From Hypanus sabinus (taxonomy: Eukaryota): a DNA stretch of 64,000 nucleotides. How positions within the stretch are numbered: the first letter of the stretch is position 1; the number at the start of each line of letters is the position of its first letter. Made by a program: the position numbers and the translations under genes. The stretch lies in NCBI RefSeq assembly GCF_030144855.1, contig NC_082721.1, positions 17,608,001-17,672,000 of the forward strand, in the 5' to 3' direction. Below are positions 61,866-64,000 of the stretch, piece after piece. The notes beneath the pieces were generated by a model. It was not told the origin of the DNA and searched no databases. It saw only the letters and a program-made list of their open reading frames with translations.

Positions 61866-63513
61866 GGTGCTCTCATGTGAAATTCATTGCTACAGATGGC
61901 TGTGGAGGCCAAGACACAGGGCATATTTGCAGCAGAGGTTTATAAGTTCTTGATTATTAAGGGTGTGGAGAAGACATGGTGAAATAGCAGAGCATACTCG
62001 ATGGACCAAATAGTCTATTTCAGTTCCTCTATGTCATGGTCTGATTGTGCAAACTTCGCAAGTAGACTACATTGGTTCAAATGGGTATCCATGGTCTGTT
62101 TTCAGCTCTCAACTTATTCCTCCTGTTTCGTTGTCATTATTGATTAATTCTGTTGCTGGGTTTTTGGCTTCTGATGTTACTTTTCCCTCTGTACTGCCAA
62201 AATTCTAATCCATTGACTGACTCCAGTAAAAAATTACTGCCAGTTTCCATCCATCCTGTTAAATCTTGCTAATCAGTCGCTCCAGTGTTCTTGCTTTTCC
62301 ATAGCTAAGCTTCGTAAAGGAGATTATACAACCCTGACCAATTACATTGGAAACATCTTCTGTCATCCCATCTTCTTGCACATCCATTTAACAATCTTCC
62401 TTTTACTAATAATAGTGTGATTCAGTTTTAAATTGCTCTTTGCATTAGTTCAACAGCCACATGTAAAAGTTTAATCCACACACCAATGACTTACTGAGTG
62501 AATGTTTGGACGACTCCCAGGTAAAATTGAGAATAAAAGTTAAGCTGGCTTCATTGGGTGCAGAGTTTATATTTTACACAAAGGATTTTTTATTAAAATG
62601 GATCAATGGATTCAAATATTGCCTTTTTATGATCTTTCTACTTTTGGCTGAGACCAAACGTCCTGCAATATATGTGGAAAATATTGCTATTGTTCTGCTA
62701 CTGCATTGGTTAAATGAGATTCCAAGGATCTGTGAACAAAGTCGTTCTGTTCCATAATCCATCGCCTTCCAAGCAACTTGACTGAGTACTCGGAAAATGT
62801 CATATCAGCGCCTTTACGTTAAGCTGCCATTAAATCCCCCTTATTTCAGCATAGCTTTAGCAGAAGTACAGTGCATCCTGCAATGGGGTCCTTGGGGACC
62901 CTTTCAGCATTCAGAGAATCAAAGCTAATATCATTTAATCCTGACTGGCTCTGCAAACTCATGAAAGCTGGTGCCATGTTCTATTAATTTTGCTGTTCAT
63001 TATATCCTGCAGAAATTGTCATGTACAGTTGAATACATTTTTATGTGGAGTATTACTAATGGAATATATATATGGTACCTCTGATTTGTCAAATATGTTA
63101 CGATATGTTTGAATGTAGCTTTTGTTTGTGTAGCCTTAAGAAATGCATGGAAGAAACAGTCAGATCTGGAAGGATATTATGACTAAAGGAAGAAACTGCT
63201 GCTGAAGAGGTGGAGTGGCACTGCTTGTTCGAAAATTTGCATTTTTAGCCTTGTTCTGTGACTACCATAATTCAAATGCATTTAATCAGGATATAATGTA
63301 CCTGAAGCTATTTTTGGGGTACAATATTTGTGGGCTCCTCACACCCACTTCTATTGAAAGCTTGCGGGGCAGAAGTTTATTCTAAGCTGATGGAGCAACA
63401 GCCGAAGATGTTTTGACTAAGATAAGTTTCAGAAATTAAGAGAATCTGCAGCAGCATTTACACGCAAACGAAGATGAATCCTTATTCTCTGGAAGCCAGC
63501 AATGTGTTGGGGG

Positions 63514-63745
63514 ATGGCTCAGGGGTATTGGGGAAGGACCTACAGGTTCTCAGACGCAGAACTGGAGCTCGTGATGGAGGAAGGATCTTGTGTACCTGCG
63601 AGGGGAAACATCATCATCTTGCACACCTGTGCCTCTCCCCTGCAGCAGCTGATGCTGCTTGGCCTAGCCCTATGTTCCTCCTTCAAATCTCAGAAGATGT
63701 TAGTGAGATAGCCTGGACCAAGAACTCAGTACATTACACGGTGCA
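63514..63745 (+). pseudogene. Possible relic of a Myb/SANT-like (Harbinger-type) DNA-binding ORF
   Basis: MAQ....R..RFSDAELELVMEE, then frameshifted DLVY and QISEDVS.. Confidence 0.35.
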
Positions 63746-63814
63746 CTTTCTTATTAGGAGAAATACTGGAGAACCTCCTGAATACTACCGCTGGATTGTT
63801 GCAGAGATCTCACA

Positions 63815-64000
63815 GTTCAAATCTCAAAGTAAATTAATTATCTAAGGAAGTATATGTCACCATTTACTACCCTGAGATACATTTTCTTGCAGGAATTCAC
63901 AGTAGAACAAAGAAATACAATAGAACGAATGAAAAACTACGAGCAAAGATTGGCAAATAAACAATGTGCAGAAGAAGGCAACCTGTGCAAGTGCAAAGAA
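63815..64000 (-). mobile_element. Rex1-type 3' tail (runs off window)
   Basis: Matches 11600-11750 and 61180-61350. Confidence 0.65.

Noticed and set aside
63474-63845. Intact 123-aa CDS
   Set aside because: Any Myb-like similarity is split across frames and the ORF ends inside a Rex1 tail

Overview
Eukaryotic, repeat-dense, AT-rich DNA with no recognisable host exon or intact gene, probably a large intron or gene desert. The mix of repeats suggests a cartilaginous fish, probably a ray; this is inference from the families present. Those families are CR1, Rex1/Babar, Penelope-like (GIY-YIG), RTE, L1, L2, Tc1, hAT MITEs, V-type and Deu-type SINEs. Most of the longer ORFs in the supplied track are pieces of decayed transposons. 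Main points: (1) The most abundant short repeat is the terminal repeat of a Penelope-like retroelement. It carries a minimal type I hammerhead ribozyme motif (CUGAnGA-stem II-GAAACGUH) with compensatory stem changes between copies. Several ~95-185 bp units made of little more than this motif plus the terminal hairpin have their own target-site duplications (TSDs). (2) A near full-length, recently disabled RTE LINE (11753-15112) has a 13-bp TSD and a leader that may be structured. (3) An 18-copy 55-bp minisatellite shows a partial 4-unit higher-order pattern. Boundaries of old repeats are approximate (+/-20-50 bp). Family names come from motif recognition, not database searches.
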